From positions 1,718,158-1,782,157 of the forward strand of contig OZ252242.1 in assembly GCA_965249595.1 (NCBI GenBank): 64,000 bases of DNA. The letters run 5' to 3'. A program made the translations under genes and the position numbers. The stretch comes from Chloroflexota bacterium (GTDB lineage: Bacteria; Chloroflexota; UBA11872; VXNJ01). Within the stretch, counting starts at the first letter, position 1; every line of letters begins with the position of its first letter. Below are positions 62,318-64,000 of this stretch, piece after piece. The notes beneath the pieces were generated by a model. The model was not told the DNA's origin and did no database searches. It saw only the letters and a list, made by a program, of their open reading frames with translations.

Positions 62318-62584
62318 CTAGTCGACCAATTTTTCCAGTATGTACTCGTTGGACAATCCGCCCAAGCCCTCGCCGACCCGACGTTCCGGGACCGGGCTGG
62401 CCTGGATCACGCGCCAGCCGTCGCGCATGGCGGCAATACCGGTGGGATAGGGTGGGACGTTTTCGCTGCCGGCCTGCATCTGAACTTCATCTTCCGATAG
62501 CGACCCATCGTAGAGCGCCCAGGCCATGATTTCAGAATTCAAGTCACCGTTGCGCAGGTTTAGGAACAAGAGTTTCTGGCGCAC
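62318..62584 (-). CDS. Small hypothetical protein (88 aa) co-oriented upstream of PhyH gene
   Basis: ORF only, 34 nt upstream of PhyH on the same strand. Confidence 0.35.
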   Translation of the reverse strand: MRQKLLFLNLRNGDLNSEIMAWALYDGSLSEDEVQMQAGSENVPPYPTGIAAMRDGWRVIQASPVPERRVGEGLGGLSNEYILEKLVD

Positions 62585-62777
62585 ATGTTCCCCGCAATCA
62601 ATCGTTGAAATTCGCCCACGAATACTAGGGCAATGTTAATTATTCGGTTGCCGGCGGCGCCGTCGAACCCTAGTGGCCACATTCGTCTTTCTGTTTTGAA
62701 CACAGCAGCCCAGATCAGTTACCTGAAAATTGCAGTTGAACATCGATTCAAAGACCCGACTTGGACTCAACAACGCG

Positions 62778-64000
62778 ATGGCCGGCAAATCCTTACCAGA
62801 CCTACTAGCAGCCCTGACCTTGGATGAAAAGGCCGCCCTGACCGCCGGTCGCGGCATATGGCACATGAATGGCGTTGCGCGGCTCGGCATCCCCGACATC
62901 AAGGTCACCGACGGGCCCAATGGCGCCCGTGGTGAAGGGGTGTTCGGTCTCTTAAATTCGGCGGCCTGTTTTCCATGCGGGACGGCGTTGGGGGCCACCT
63001 GGAACCCGGCCTTAGTTGAGCGGATCGGCGTCGCCCTGGGCGAGGAAGCCAAGACCAAGGCCTGCGCGGTGCTGCTGGCTCCCACCGTTAACCTGCATCG
63101 CTCGCCGCTTTTTGGGCGCAACTTCGAGTGTTTTTCCGAGGACCCGCTGCTCTCAGCCCGCCTGGCGGTGCCGTATGTAAAGGGCGTTCAGAGTCAACAG
63201 GTCGCCTGCGTGATCAAGCACTTTGTCGCCAATGACTCCGAATTCGAGCGCATGACGATCAATTCGGTGGTCGACGAACGAACGCTGCGCGAGCTCTACC
63301 TGGTCCCGTTCGAGGCGGCCGTCACTGAAGGAAACATCTGGGGCGTGATGACCGCCTACAACCGGCTCAATGGCACCTTTTGCACGGAAAACGACTGGCT
63401 GCTGCGCGACATCCTCAAAAGCGAGTGGGAATTCGACGGGATAGTAATGACCGACTGGTTCAGCCACGTCGACACCATCAATTCGCCCCGCGCCGGGCTC
63501 GACATCGAGATGCCCGGACCGGCCCGCATGTTCGGTCCGGCCCTGGCCGCCGCCGCCGCCGATGGGCAGGTCGATCCGGCCTGGGTAAATGAACAGGCCC
63601 AGCGCCTCCTTCGCTTTGTCGATCGCGTCCAGGGATTTGATTCGCCGATGGCCGATGTTGAAAGCGTCGTCGATCTACCCGAGCATCGGGCGGTCATGCG
63701 CGAGGCGGCGGGGCAATCGATCGTGCTGCTGAAAAACGACGATCAGGCACTGCCGATCGACACCTCCGCCATCGTCGCCCTGATCGGACACCAGGCCGGC
63801 CGCCTTCAGCTTTATGGCGGCGGATCGGCCCAACTGCAACCGCACTACCGCGACTGCCTGATCCAATGCTTGCAAGAGCGGTTGGATAGCGACGGGCGCG
63901 TCGATTACTCGCGCGGGGCCTGGGTCGGCAAGATCCATCCAACGATCGAGCCGCCGAATCTGCGCACACCCGACGGCCGCGACGGGATGTTGGTCGAATA
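62778..64000 (+). CDS. Glycoside hydrolase family 3 beta-glucosidase (3-prime partial, continues beyond window)
   Basis: GIPDIKVTDGPNGARG, LLAPTVNLHRSPLFGRNFECFSEDP and KHFVANDSE GH3 N-domain motifs; frame open to nt 64000. Confidence 0.85.
   Translation, partial: MAGKSLPDLLAALTLDEKAALTAGRGIWHMNGVARLGIPDIKVTDGPNGARGEGVFGLLNSAACFPCGTALGATWNPALVERIGVALGEEAKTKACAVLLAPTVNLHRSPLFGRNFECFSEDPLLSARLAVPYVKGVQSQQVACVIKHFVANDSEFERMTINSVVDERTLRELYLVPFEAAVTEGNIWGVMTAYNRLNGTFCTENDWLLRDILKSEWEFDGIVMTDWFSHVDTINSPRAGLDIEMPGPARMFGPALAAAAADGQVDPAWVNEQAQRLLRFVDRVQGFDSPMADVESVVDLPEHRAVMREAAGQSIVLLKNDDQALPIDTSAIVALIGHQAGRLQLYGGGSAQLQPHYRDCLIQCLQERLDSDGRVDYSRGAWVGKIHPTIEPPNLRTPDGRDGMLVE

Overview
High-GC bacterial chromosomal segment with about 45 protein-coding genes and no rRNA, tRNA or CRISPR. 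Recognisable housekeeping and metabolic genes are the majority: a DEAD-box helicase, a D-2-hydroxyacid dehydrogenase, two class-III aminotransferases, an MlrC/M81 peptidase, an HDAC-family deacetylase, an amidase, a GMC oxidoreductase, a CocE/NonD hydrolase, an LLM oxidoreductase, a gamma-glutamyltransferase, an M24 peptidase, PhyH and a GH3 glucosidase. Five features stand out. (1) A ~3.2 kb AT-richer islet (about 23.05-26.2 kb) carries a BrnT/BrnA-type toxin-antitoxin pair whose toxin has lost its start codon, next to a 579-aa orphan protein with SAP/HeH-like helices and a C-terminal PD-(D/E)xK-like nuclease motif. This is my best candidate for an undescribed single-gene defence or DNA-targeting system. 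(2) A decayed accessory stretch (28-33.5 kb) holds an NmrA-family pseudogene with two compensating frameshifts plus an in-frame TAG, a short remnant of an aminotransferase paralogue, a frameshifted IS110 transposase, an IS66 3-prime stub and a doubly truncated MFS transporter. (3) A roughly 9 kb locus encodes a ~2,950-residue surface S8 subtilase fused to about 18 fibronectin-III repeats and a C-terminal LGFP-like anchor. One in-frame TAG and one frameshift break it into three ORFs, and a separate membrane-anchored I9-propeptide-like gene lies upstream. (4) Three diverged orphan UgpA/MalF-type sugar ABC permease paralogues are interleaved with a DUF2207-like membrane protein and a nucleoside deoxyribosyltransferase-like gene. 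(5) An APH-fold kinase and a class-III aminotransferase are organised like a kinase/phospho-lyase catabolic pair. A YcaQ/AlkZ-like glycosylase gene carries an in-frame TAA, and the GMC oxidoreductase appears to start at ATT behind a perfect AGGAGG. Disruptions are confined to accessory genes. That points to real pseudogenisation rather than stop-codon recoding. All calls rest on reading motifs in the supplied translations and manual codon checks; no searches were run.
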